Shown here: positions 20,501 to 28,787 of the stretch, one piece after another
How positions within the stretch are numbered: the first letter of the stretch is position 1
Layout of the letters: each line of letters starts with the position of its first letter
Source of the DNA: Myxococcota bacterium
Lineage (GTDB): Bacteria; Myxococcota_A; SURF-8
Assembly (NCBI GenBank): GCA_963674735.2
Contig: CAXXQS010000001.1
Coordinates: forward strand, 800,001-864,000
Length of the DNA stretch: 64,000 bases
Direction: 5' to 3'
Translations under genes and position numbers: made by a program
Notes under the pieces: generated by a model
Seen by the model: only the letters and a program-made list of their open reading frames with translations
Told to the model about the DNA's origin: nothing
Database searches by the model: none

Positions 20501-20689
20501 GCCGACTACTGCAAATGCGAAGGTTCGAACGAGTACGGCAGCTTCGAAGCCGATCCCTATGCCAACCCGTTCATCACCAGTGTGGGTGGACAGTTCGATC
20601 CCAACGACGATCTGTCAAGCCGTTCCATCTGGTGCGATGCGCCGGAGCAAAAATACAACGACACGGACGCCTGTTCCTCGCTGTATTAA
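17600..20689 (+). CDS. Large secreted Cys-rich protein with PKD-like and split YfaP/DUF2135-like segments
   Basis: Signal-like N-terminus ending in WLINC; GGAGG RBS; LDGRNS..YYWEW..GEYKIRLRV (PKD-like); LHVELIWD..DLDLFL and PTLDIDDVDGWGPENI motifs; CxxDxDC repeats. Confidence 0.85.
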   Translation: MRFGNQSTGRRSMLPWLLMLLIISAVWLINCNDHRFTPLADIEVYPDVIDYEVQRTSQLTEEILITNKGVSAKLEIYEINLEDSSGGVLTEEYEPVTDQTQLMQNLVPKRLSDGSAIAYLTAPMGLISDVSCEDDSYCHCTPDTESGETCTYALGDSTVNKERMGEGFVCAQHPLNPNAGKVCLAYFKYFNNAGNTFTDEAGEAHVNVARQATWGGESKTACTDSTACTRLGPDFVCKASGVCGTDIQFGFSMEYGLERMVAVNSELVDTDKAAVWKSIDGREICLVDEQGNTTSDSAFYGLNRCDQMALKRYVSAIDDGDDRVGYRLVPKRQANYRVMVSAVEGEIGQAKYVTFCDNGEAVGVNDIMLDDPLAGQDCLNSDNEVKSDLLSISPENVKLDQLPVRILYDPMSDYDSAAVLSGKIFTMRIFNSARVGNSYERTVSLTLPENRGGPPIPIIEIPADQQDPEPLDVIHLDGRNSESPFGDERKPFQYYWEWAPGGKPAYAQDAVLIESTGDFDNPRSIMGKWTAEGYPKIFFPIAGEYKIRLRVKDAAGVESGPNDDCPTCPEYDEITIKVKPSQKLHVELIWDRGDQVDLDLFLVRYRADGTFAVPAPFQDRIQPPQVTMYACEDDSDCYDGAFTCNTGTGYCQNSCQSDADCKAVSGGWYCNEFNECAIHADGVIECESDADCNGGSCNPSKVRAEYKMICTSHNSDSVNDTCFFLNGQPRWGEYDNVSLGCVSDTDCNSAGDETFACGTNDFCDFTCNNSAECLGKSPQYLCGEGGACVGNNQDDDPTLDIDDVDGWGPENISLKEPVTGTYRVVARLYADPYTVVNNTSPNGPVKAFVQIYLNGELALSKGIGHELYSPSTYWKVADIEWDSTLGEGGDGEVLPICAGWTLTKCGNTADCEDWYGDDYSCGQRQWGKFCSTCNGLGAPDECNPTIACSSDADCVNEISSKICSEIKADYCKCEGSNEYGSFEADPYANPFITSVGGQFDPNDDLSSRSIWCDAPEQKYNDTDACSSLY

Positions 20690-20706
20690 GCTTTTCAACG
20701 GATGTC

Positions 20707-20907
20707 TCAAAAGCGGGCCTGCGGGCCCGCTTTTTTTGTGTTCTCGGCCATGTTGCCGAAAGCCGCGCTTGTCTGGGTGTAGTTCGCCAAGGCTTGGCAG
20801 AGCTTGTCGCGGAAATCCTCGACGCTCTCGCCGTCCATCAACGGAACGCTGTCGGCCTTCGAGAACAGATCGACACACAGCTTTTCAATTGTCTTGAAAA
20901 GACTCAT
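20707..20907 (-). pseudogene. Probable truncated ORF of the phage-like fragment, running into the host terminator
   Basis: Co-oriented with the two upstream small ORFs; its last residues are read from the terminator hairpin. Confidence 0.35.
20709..20737. terminator. Bidirectional intrinsic terminator
   Basis: AAAAGCGGGCC-TGCG-GGCCCGCTTTTTTT. Confidence 0.85.
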
Positions 20908-20938
20908 GGAATCCCCCCCAGGGATGTCTTATTGAATT

Positions 20939-21160
20939 TTACTCAGGCTTGTATTCTTCTAGCAGTTCCGGCGCGAACGATTCAAACACGTAGTCGCCAG
21001 TCTGGCCATCTATCACTTTATCGTGTGGCGTATCGCTTTCATATATCGTCTCTGGGATACCACCCGGAAAAGCCAGACATCGCCCTATGGCGCGTCCCTT
21101 TTTTCTATCAACATACATACTTTGCAAGTGCTCGCAAAATGAACACTGGTCACCGAGCAT
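20939..21160 (-). CDS. Small CxxC...C-x-AFP-x-GIP protein resembling proteins encoded after phage MuF/gp7 toxins (putative immunity)
   Basis: QCSFCEH...CLAFPGGIPETIY...HDKVIDGQTGDYVF; lower GC than flanks; family recognised from memory. Confidence 0.6.
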   Translation of the reverse strand: MLGDQCSFCEHLQSMYVDRKKGRAIGRCLAFPGGIPETIYESDTPHDKVIDGQTGDYVFESFAPELLEEYKPE

Positions 21161-21371
21161 TTTTCAGTTCCTCCATGGCTCTACGCCAACTCGGTCTAAA
21201 ACCGGAAGTGTCGAATCCTTTCATTTCCAAAACAAAAGCCTCGGCAAGTACCTCTTGCGGCCTTTCGATATGATCGTTTTCAGCGTTTTTCCTGCTCTGG
21301 AAACTCTCAAATGATAGCATTTTCGATACGAGATTGTAAACATCAAGTGGAACCGCCACACGGCATTTCAA
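21150..21371 (-). pseudogene. Possible C-terminal remnant of a zincin-like (MuF-toxin) domain
   Basis: PQEVLAEAF resembles the downstream E-x-x-AEAF motif of zincins; no HExxH and no good start; overlaps the next gene by 11 bp. Confidence 0.35.
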
Positions 21372-21407
21372 TTCTGATTAAGTCTCGAATAATCTTCGAT
21401 TAATGAT

Positions 21408-21483
21408 GGGTGGCACGGGCTAAATCGTCAGGTTTGCCCGTGAAAACAGCATGGGCAAGCCAAAGGCTTGGCCCATGGCACCC
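21408..21483. repeat. REPIN-like element, family B
   Basis: GGGTGGCACGGGCTAA..TTGCCCGTG plus inverted CATGGGCAAGC..GCTTGGCCCATGGCACCC; homologous to 47835-47928. Confidence 0.75.
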
Positions 21484-21611
21484 CGAAAGCCGAAGTATCG
21501 TGGGTGGAAAACGGTGAAAAGCTTAGAATTGAAACGCCGTGGGAACCGCCATCCTAGATGAGACGAGTGTCCTGCTTTCTTCAAGATTCCCCGATTTGCG
21601 GTTTGCGCCAA

Positions 21612-21638
21612 ATAAAAACCCCCGCGCCTGGCGGGGGT
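21612..21638 (-). terminator. Intrinsic terminator after the DUF2961 gene
   Basis: ACCCCCGC-N5-GCGGGGGT stem followed by a T-tract on the minus strand. Confidence 0.75.
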
Positions 21639-21661
21639 GAAAAGCAGAGAATAACGCGGGC

Positions 21662-24600
21662 TTAGTCGGTGACCTGCCCCAGGCAAACTTTGTCGATGGC
21701 GACGTCGTAGCTGGTCGATAAGGCGTTTTTATCCACCAGGCGGAATTGGAAGAAGACCGAGGTGGGGTCGCCTTCGCCATCGAAGGGGTAGATGTAGCGG
21801 TCGCCGATTTCGAGGGGCCCCCACGGCTCTTCGCTGGCGGCGTAACCGTCCTGGTTGCTACCCAGTGTGGTGGAGCCGACACTCAACATCCAGATGCCCA
21901 TGGCCGGCCCTTTCATCCCGTGTACGGTAATACGGTAGGTTCCGGCGTCGAGAATGTCGTCGGTTTTCAATACCAGCTTTTGGAAAGTGGAGGTTCCATC
22001 GAAATAAACCAACTGGTTGTTGGAATAGCCGTCGCGGGTTTGAATCTCGGCGGCGCCGTTTGTGGTCGAATCGAAGTCAACGGTATCCTCCGCTTCGAAG
22101 CACACGGGGCGCACGCCGGTGACCACTTCAAGCGAATTCGAGCAGATGCTGCGCTGTCCGGTGCAATCCTCCGCCTGGACGCGGTAGAAGTAGGTGGATT
22201 CCGAATCCAACGTATCGTCGCAGTATTCGGTTTCCGATGTGGTAGCCAGGAAGGACAAATCGCTGCAGTCGAATACCTGCGAGCTGCTGCTCCGGTAAAC
22301 GTGGTAATAAGCGGGCGGAGTGCCGTCCGGCGTGTCCCAGTGCAGACAAGCGGTGAGGCCGACGTAGGTGGTGTCGCCGAAGTTTTCGACTTTGCCCGGC
22401 CCTTCGCTTTGTTTGTCAAGCGGTAGGATCGAATAGGCGTAGAGCTCGTAAGCGTTCCATTCTTCTCCGCCCTGGTAGTCGAATTTCAGGCGAATCTGGC
22501 TTTTGCCCTCGGTATATTGCTTGGGGATATCGAAGATGCCTTCACGCCAGCGCAGGTTGACATTCTGGCCGGGACTGTACCAATGGCCGATATCGGTGTA
22601 GCTGTCGTCCAGGTTTTTGATCTGTACGATGGCATCCATGTTGCGGTACTTGTAGTCGAACAAGCGCACCAGACGAACCCCCTCGTTTTCGGGGTTGATG
22701 GCGAAATCCATGGCCATGAAGCCTCGGTCGTTGGCGGTCCCGGTGACACCGCGTCCCGAAGCCGTGAACGTGGATTCCCAGCTCTCTCCTTCAAAACTGC
22801 TGGTGACATTCTGGTGGGCGTACAAGTCGTTGAGGATGGCATCCGTGAAGTTATGGTTGCTCATGCTGAGGGTGTTCCCCAGATCGACCATGTCGGCGGC
22901 CGAACGGGCGGTGATACCTTCCAGACAGGACAAATAGTAGTAAACGACGCTCCGGTAGTTGGCCAGTTTATCGTTTTCGCCGCCGACTTCAAATCCCAGG
23001 GATATCGAGCGGTAGAAGGGAAGGGCATCGGATAAAAAGAGGCGACGCGCCGTGAACTGGAACGTCGGGTAGCCCGCATTCTTCCAAACGGAGAACAGAG
23101 GATGTTCGTAGGGTGGCGCCTGCCACAGGTTGTTGCCGTTGAAGAAGTTGTCGGTGCCGGTTCCGATGACGAGCGGATAGGTCATGCCGTCGATGATGAA
23201 ACGCTCGTCTCCCTGGAGAAAATCTTTGTAATAATGGGTGCTTTCGCTTTCGGTGGCGAGTGTGATGCCTACCACGTGACCCTGCCCGACGGTGTCGAGG
23301 GCTTTGAAATCCTGGCCGATGGTCGTCGGGAGCGCTTCTGCGTATTTCGCGTGGAAATGTCCCACGCTGCGGGGATAGTCGTTGGGGCCCAGATCCAGAT
23401 TGAATTCAAGCTGTTGAATCATCGTGGCCGATTCGTTCCGGATCTTGATCAACACTTCGTCCCAGTAGGGCATGGGGAAGTAACAGTACCATTGGCCGCT
23501 TTCGCTCATTCCGACCATCAGGCTCTGAAATTCGACCTGGCCGAAACCGGAACCGAAGAAAAGTCCGATCGGGACACTGACATCGGGGGTGGACTTTCCT
23601 TCCCAGTAGATGTCCAGCCAGGTTTGGTCAAGCACTTCCTGCGTGAACGGGGTGAGATCGAGATACATGCCGTTGATGGTTCGGGCGGCGAAATTCTCGA
23701 AAACCGTGACGCTACCCTGGGCGGGCACCTGTACGGTGGCGCTGGGGTGGTCGGGGGACGTGGTCGGCTTCGGATCCTGACCGACATTGTTTAAAGCGTT
23801 GACAGCCTGCGAAACGTCCATGTCGAGGGTGAAAGTCTCCAGATCGCCTGCTTCGGCATAGGTGTGGTAACCGAAGCTGAATCCGTGGGTTAGGCCGCTG
23901 ATGGTTACTTTCATCTCTTCCCGGTAGCAGATCGGGACGTAGGAATAGAACGAATCGTTCCAGCTTGGGCCGTCGGGAACGCGACCCACCAGCGGGGCGA
24001 GGAAGGGAGACGTCTCACCGGCGAAAAATTCGCCGACGGTGGTATTGATGCGGGCGGCATCTTCGCCTTCGAAGTAGAACTTGATGCGATACGTGCTGAT
24101 GCTGTTAGGTTCGCCGAGCCAGATACGATAGATACAACCGGGCCGCTTACTATGCATCAGGACCTGCTCGCCGCCGTCAAGATACAGGTTAGTCCAGGAG
24201 TTGTCCTGGTTGGCCCCGAGAGGATCGCGGCTGCTGTTCTGTTCCAAATGGGTGGAGGGGTTGATCCGGAAGTAGGGCAGCCAATCCAGGCGGGTAAGCG
24301 CTTCAACCGCCTGCGGGTTGGGGTAATCATCGGACGCGGTTCCGTCCGTATCGCCGTCGATGTCTCCGTCGACGTCTCCGTCGGTATTCTCGTCCGTATC
24401 TCCATCGGTGCCGAGGTCATCATCCTGATCGCCATCGGGGTTGTCGCCATCGGGGTTGTCGCCGTCGGGATCATCGCCGTCGGGGGCCTCGTCTTCGTCT
24501 TTGTCTCCGTCCGGAACGGGGATTTCGCAGAGGTTCGTGGTTGTGTCGCAGAATTTTCCAGTCGGACAGTCGTCATTGTTTATGCAGCAATTGATCCCGA

Positions 24601-24760
24601 TTGGGCAGGCGCAAGCCCCATTGACGCATTCGAGGGGAGGATCGCAAACACAGGCATCGCCATCGCTATCCGTACCGCCGCCGCCGCTGCATCCGGATAC
24701 GATAAGGATATTGAGAATAATCAGAGAGGCGATGAAAAGGGTCGAAACGAATCTGAACAT
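21662..24760 (-). CDS. Lipoprotein with Cys-rich/DGD N-terminus, DUF2961 (GH172-like) region and FN3-like domain
   Basis: Lipobox VSGC; GCIYRIW, VSVPIGLFFGSG, YFPMPY, GQGHVVG and FLQGDERFIIDG..GTGTDNFFNG motifs; FN3-like YHVYRS..YFYRVQA. Confidence 0.8.
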   Translation of the reverse strand: MFRFVSTLFIASLIILNILIVSGCSGGGGTDSDGDACVCDPPLECVNGACACPIGINCCINNDDCPTGKFCDTTTNLCEIPVPDGDKDEDEAPDGDDPDGDNPDGDNPDGDQDDDLGTDGDTDENTDGDVDGDIDGDTDGTASDDYPNPQAVEALTRLDWLPYFRINPSTHLEQNSSRDPLGANQDNSWTNLYLDGGEQVLMHSKRPGCIYRIWLGEPNSISTYRIKFYFEGEDAARINTTVGEFFAGETSPFLAPLVGRVPDGPSWNDSFYSYVPICYREEMKVTISGLTHGFSFGYHTYAEAGDLETFTLDMDVSQAVNALNNVGQDPKPTTSPDHPSATVQVPAQGSVTVFENFAARTINGMYLDLTPFTQEVLDQTWLDIYWEGKSTPDVSVPIGLFFGSGFGQVEFQSLMVGMSESGQWYCYFPMPYWDEVLIKIRNESATMIQQLEFNLDLGPNDYPRSVGHFHAKYAEALPTTIGQDFKALDTVGQGHVVGITLATESESTHYYKDFLQGDERFIIDGMTYPLVIGTGTDNFFNGNNLWQAPPYEHPLFSVWKNAGYPTFQFTARRLFLSDALPFYRSISLGFEVGGENDKLANYRSVVYYYLSCLEGITARSAADMVDLGNTLSMSNHNFTDAILNDLYAHQNVTSSFEGESWESTFTASGRGVTGTANDRGFMAMDFAINPENEGVRLVRLFDYKYRNMDAIVQIKNLDDSYTDIGHWYSPGQNVNLRWREGIFDIPKQYTEGKSQIRLKFDYQGGEEWNAYELYAYSILPLDKQSEGPGKVENFGDTTYVGLTACLHWDTPDGTPPAYYHVYRSSSSQVFDCSDLSFLATTSETEYCDDTLDSESTYFYRVQAEDCTGQRSICSNSLEVVTGVRPVCFEAEDTVDFDSTTNGAAEIQTRDGYSNNQLVYFDGTSTFQKLVLKTDDILDAGTYRITVHGMKGPAMGIWMLSVGSTTLGSNQDGYAASEEPWGPLEIGDRYIYPFDGEGDPTSVFFQFRLVDKNALSTSYDVAIDKVCLGQVTD

Positions 24761-25017
24761 GCTCCGCTACCTCATTTTTCTTATTTCTTCACGACGGTCT
24801 CGCACCGGCAATTTGTATTTCCGTGGCGTCTATCTATCATAATAGAAAAAGGGGTGTCGCATCAATCTTTTTTATCAGTCTTCATGACGATCTATAATGT
24901 CTCGTGGAAGCGGAGAGTTTCACTGAAAAGGGTTGCGTCTCCCCAAGTAGTGTGCTATGAGAAACGTGTTAGGTGAATGGGCATTCATTCAAAATCGATA
25001 TTGAATGCGATTGAGAA

Positions 25018-25896
25018 TTGATCGAGTACCAGCGTGAAATTTCGGGGAGCGCCCCCGCGAAAGTCAACGCCTATTTAGCGGTGCACGCGAAGCGGTGCGA
25101 TGACTTTCATGAGGTGGAGTCTCTGATTGTTCCTGTTGATTTGTGCGATACTCTAACGCTCTGCGTTGGAGTGAATAGGCCGGTTGAGGTGTGCTGCCCG
25201 GCTGTGCCCTCATTGGAAACGAATGACAATCTTGCGGTGCGTGCGGCGCGCTGGTATCTGGCGCGTCTGCCGAGTCGTTTTAACGGGCTTGGCGCGCACA
25301 TTACAATTGAAAAGCGGATCCCTTTGGCTGCCGGTTTGGGAGGTGGCAGCGCCGATGCCGCAGCCGTTTTGCGACTGTTGGAGCAGGTTTTAGGGTATCC
25401 GCTCGGCCGTGCGGAAATCGGGCGATGCGCAGGTGAAATCGGCGCGGATGTTCCGGCTTGTTTTGATGGGAAATGCCGTTGGGTTTCGGGAATCGGTGAC
25501 GTGTTGGGAGAGCGAGTCGAGCTTCCCCGTATGTGGTTGGTTCTTGTCAATCCGGGGTTTGAGGTTTCCACCCGTTGGGTTTATGAAAATCTTGCGAGTA
25601 CAAGGTTGACAAAGCATCCCATTGGTGGTAGGAAACTGACGCGATTCTCGGGAGTCTCGGACGTTGCGGCGTTTATGAGAAACGACCTCGAATCGGTGAC
25701 GTTTCAGGCATTTCCTGATCTTTCACAAGTGAGGAAGGCACTGCACGAGCAAGATGCTTTAGGAGTGTTGATGGCGGGGAGTGGCCCCACCGTCTTCGGG
25801 CTTTTCGAAAGGCTCGAAAACGCGGTTGAGGCAAGGAAGCATCTCACCGCAGCATTTCCCAAATGGGGCGTGTGGGTGGCATCCAACATCATCTAA
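25018..25896 (+). CDS. ispE: 4-diphosphocytidyl-2-C-methyl-D-erythritol kinase
   Basis: APAKVN, IPLAAGLGGGSADAA, NDLE and MAGSGPTVF motifs. Confidence 0.95.
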   Translation: MIEYQREISGSAPAKVNAYLAVHAKRCDDFHEVESLIVPVDLCDTLTLCVGVNRPVEVCCPAVPSLETNDNLAVRAARWYLARLPSRFNGLGAHITIEKRIPLAAGLGGGSADAAAVLRLLEQVLGYPLGRAEIGRCAGEIGADVPACFDGKCRWVSGIGDVLGERVELPRMWLVLVNPGFEVSTRWVYENLASTRLTKHPIGGRKLTRFSGVSDVAAFMRNDLESVTFQAFPDLSQVRKALHEQDALGVLMAGSGPTVFGLFERLENAVEARKHLTAAFPKWGVWVASNII

Positions 25897-25920
25897 GAGT
25901 TGATTATGAAGGATTGAGCC

Positions 25921-26220
25921 ATGGAGATCACCGAAGTAAAAGTCTTTCCGGTTAATGAAGACAAGCTCAAGGCCTACGTCACGGTAACGTTCGATCATTG
26001 CTTCATCGTGCGCGACTTGAAGGTGATTGACGGGAATACCGGCTATTTCGTGGCGATGCCCAGCAAAAAGCGAAAGGATGGTACCTTCCGCGATATCGCG
26101 CATCCGCTAAACAGCGAGTGTCGAGAAAAGCTGGAGACCATCGTGCTGGATGCATACCGGAATGAAACCAGTGGTGTTGGTGAAGAAGCCGAAAGACAAG
26201 CGGCTCAGGAAGAACACTAA
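25921..26220 (+). CDS. spoVG: SpoVG family RNA/DNA-binding protein
   Basis: MEITEVKV, LKAYVTVTFD, FVAMPS and FRDIAHP motifs. Confidence 0.96.
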   Translation: MEITEVKVFPVNEDKLKAYVTVTFDHCFIVRDLKVIDGNTGYFVAMPSKKRKDGTFRDIAHPLNSECREKLETIVLDAYRNETSGVGEEAERQAAQEEH

Positions 26221-26281
26221 ACGCAGTTGATTTGATCGTGCATTCTTCTGATTGAAGAAGGAGGCGATTCCCGGTCAGCTT

Positions 26282-26356
26282 TGGGGTGTCGTCAAGTGGT
26301 AAGACACTGGATTTTGGTTCCAGCATTCGCAGGTTCGAATCCTGCCACCCCAGCCA
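26282..26356 (+). tRNA. tRNA-Gln (TTG)
   Basis: Acceptor stem TGGGGTG/CACCCCA, anticodon arm CTGGA-TTTTGGT-TCCAG, T-loop GGTTCGAATCC, encoded CCA. Confidence 0.97.
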
Positions 26357-26473
26357 CTTTTCATACTGCGTGATCGATGAATAGCAAATCGGCCAACCCG
26401 GCCGATGCAGTTTGGTGGACCCTGTTACAGATTAGTGTAAACGATCTAAAACGGACAAACGGCAGGTTCTGGA

Positions 26474-27457
26474 ATGTACAAATCTCTCGACAACATGAGA
26501 ATCCTCAGCGGGAATGGCAACCGCCCGTTGGCCGAGAACATCTGCAAATACTTGAATCTGCCGCTCGGGCAAGCGGTGGTGGATCATTTCGCCGATGGCG
26601 AGGTGATGGTCAAGATCCTCGATAACATTCGCAATCGCGATGTGTTTATCGTGCAACCGACGTGTCCGCCGGTTAACGATAGCCTGATGGAACTGCTGGT
26701 GATGGTCGACGCCGTCAAACGCGCTTCGGCTGCTTCTATTACAGCCATCATCCCGTATTACGGGTATGCCCGTCAGGATCGTAAGGCCGCCCCGCGTACG
26801 CCGATTTCCGCGAAACTGGTTGCCGATCTGATTCAGGTTGCCGGTGTACGGCGCATGGTTGCGATCGATCTGCACGCCAATCAGATCCAGGGTTTCTTCA
26901 ACTTCGCCGTTGACAATCTGTTTGGTGCGAATGTGTTGGTGGGGTATCTGAAAAAGACCCTATGGAAAAGCTCTTACGATCCCGGATCTCAGAAATCCAA
27001 TATCGTGATGGTTTCGCCGGATGTGGGTGGAGCCGAGCGCGCGCGTAGTTTCGGCAAGCAGCTCGATGCCTCGCTGGCGATTGTCGATAAACGGCGGCCC
27101 GAAGCCAACGTCTCCGATGTGATGAATGTCGTGGGTCGAGTCAAAGGTCGCGACGCCGTTTTGCTGGACGATATGGTCGACACGGCCGGTAGCCTCACCA
27201 AGGCGGCTGCCGCGATTGCCGATCTAGGTGCCAAACGTGTGTGGGCTTGCTGTACACACCCGCTCCTGTCGGGCGATGCCGTCAAACGTATCGAGGAATC
27301 CCCCATCGAACGGCTCATTGTCACCGATACCATTCCCTTGCGGGAAGATGCATTGAAATCAGAGAAAATCGTCGTCGTTTCCATCGCCGACCTTTTGGCC
27401 GAGGCCATTCGGCGATTGTTGACGAACGAATCGATTAGTGAGTTGTTTTACAGCTAA
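26474..27457 (+). CDS. prs: Ribose-phosphate pyrophosphokinase
   Basis: FADGE, PYYGYARQDRK, VSPDVGG and DDMVDTAGS motifs. Confidence 0.98.
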   Translation: MYKSLDNMRILSGNGNRPLAENICKYLNLPLGQAVVDHFADGEVMVKILDNIRNRDVFIVQPTCPPVNDSLMELLVMVDAVKRASAASITAIIPYYGYARQDRKAAPRTPISAKLVADLIQVAGVRRMVAIDLHANQIQGFFNFAVDNLFGANVLVGYLKKTLWKSSYDPGSQKSNIVMVSPDVGGAERARSFGKQLDASLAIVDKRRPEANVSDVMNVVGRVKGRDAVLLDDMVDTAGSLTKAAAAIADLGAKRVWACCTHPLLSGDAVKRIEESPIERLIVTDTIPLREDALKSEKIVVVSIADLLAEAIRRLLTNESISELFYS

Positions 27458-27490
27458 GAAAATCTGGAAGTTTCGCAACGGAGGCTCTTC

Positions 27491-28135
27491 ATGGAACCGA
27501 TAAATCTGACTGTCAACCCGCGGACGCAAACCGGCAAATCCGCGGCTCGTATTTTTCGCGCCGATGGCTCTTTTCCTGCCGTTCTGTACGGAGCGGGTAA
27601 AGAGGCTATCCATATTCTGGTCAAGCCGGAAGATCTGGAAGACGCACTTGATACGCCTTATCGCCGCAACACGCTGCTTTCGTTGAATCTCGATGGCGAG
27701 CAACACCTGGCCGTTATCAAAGAAGTGCAAAAACACCCGGTAAGCAAGCAGATCCAGCACGTGGATTTCTATGCGGTTTCTTTGGATCAGGTCGTGGAAT
27801 ACAAGGTCCCGCTGGTTACGACAGGAAAATCCAAGGGTGTGCAGCTTGGTGGGCACCTGTTCCAACTTTACCGTACGGTCAAGCTGTCCTGCAAACCGGC
27901 GGAAGTACCTGAGACTGTCGAACTCGATATCACCAGTCTTGACATCAACGACAAGCTGTCCGTATCGGATTTGCCCGCGATTGACGGCGTCACCTATCTG
28001 CAGCGTGACAACGTCGTGTTGATTCAGGTGAAGAGCGGGCGTGGTGCCGACTTGGAGGATGAGGAAGCTGAGGGCGCGGATGAGGCCGAGGGCGCTGAAG
28101 GTGCTGACGCGGAGGCCGCCGGACAGGAAAGCTAG
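27491..28135 (+). CDS. rplY: 50S ribosomal protein L25 (CTC form)
   Basis: TGKSAAR..R..G.FPAVLYG and QKHPV..IQHVDF motifs; prs-rplY-pth synteny. Confidence 0.95.
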   Translation: MEPINLTVNPRTQTGKSAARIFRADGSFPAVLYGAGKEAIHILVKPEDLEDALDTPYRRNTLLSLNLDGEQHLAVIKEVQKHPVSKQIQHVDFYAVSLDQVVEYKVPLVTTGKSKGVQLGGHLFQLYRTVKLSCKPAEVPETVELDITSLDINDKLSVSDLPAIDGVTYLQRDNVVLIQVKSGRGADLEDEEAEGADEAEGAEGADAEAAGQES

Positions 28136-28137
28136 GC

Positions 28138-28725
28138 TTGAAACTTGTAGTTGGGCTCGGGAATCCTGGAGGGAAGTATGCCGCGACTCGGCATAATCTG
28201 GGGTTTGCCGTTCTTGATGAGGTTGCCCGGCGTCTGAGTGTAGCGGTTACGCGCGAAAAGTTCGGTGCGCAGATGGGTGAGACGCGGTTTAGAGGCGAGA
28301 AAATCGTCCTTTTGAAACCGCAGACATATATGAATCGCAGCGGGGATGCTGTGAGCGAAGCCTTGGGATTCTTCAAGGCAGACATAGCGGATCTAATCGT
28401 CATACACGACGACTTGGACTTGGAGTTCGGAAAACTCAAGGTCAAAGTCGGAGGATCGGATGGCGGTCATAAAGGGATTCGCTCTATTCTTTCTTCTGTA
28501 AAAGATCGGCAATTTGCCCGGGTGCGAATGGGGATAGGCAAACCCGAATATGGAGAGGACGTAGTTGATTATGTGCTACGTTCCTTTTACCCATGGCAGC
28601 AGCGCTATGTTGCCGAGTGGGTTGCCATCGGCGCTGACGCCGTCGCGACCCTGCTTGGTGATGGCGTCGTGGCGGCCACCAATTCATTTAATCGAAAAAT
28701 TTGGTTTGAGCCGATAAGGGAGTGA
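28138..28725 (+). CDS. pth: Peptidyl-tRNA hydrolase
   Basis: [29 protein letters not shown] and GGHKG motifs. Confidence 0.97.
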   Translation: MKLVVGLGNPGGKYAATRHNLGFAVLDEVARRLSVAVTREKFGAQMGETRFRGEKIVLLKPQTYMNRSGDAVSEALGFFKADIADLIVIHDDLDLEFGKLKVKVGGSDGGHKGIRSILSSVKDRQFARVRMGIGKPEYGEDVVDYVLRSFYPWQQRYVAEWVAIGADAVATLLGDGVVAATNSFNRKIWFEPIRE

Positions 28726-28787
28726 TTGGATGTGCACGTTTTTTTGGGATGCTATGGGAAGCTAAACGACAAGGAGGGAACAAGATT

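Noticed and set aside
26282-26356. Genomic island integrated at tRNA-Gln
   Set aside because: No duplicate of the tRNA 3' end was seen, and the conserved prs gene follows directly.
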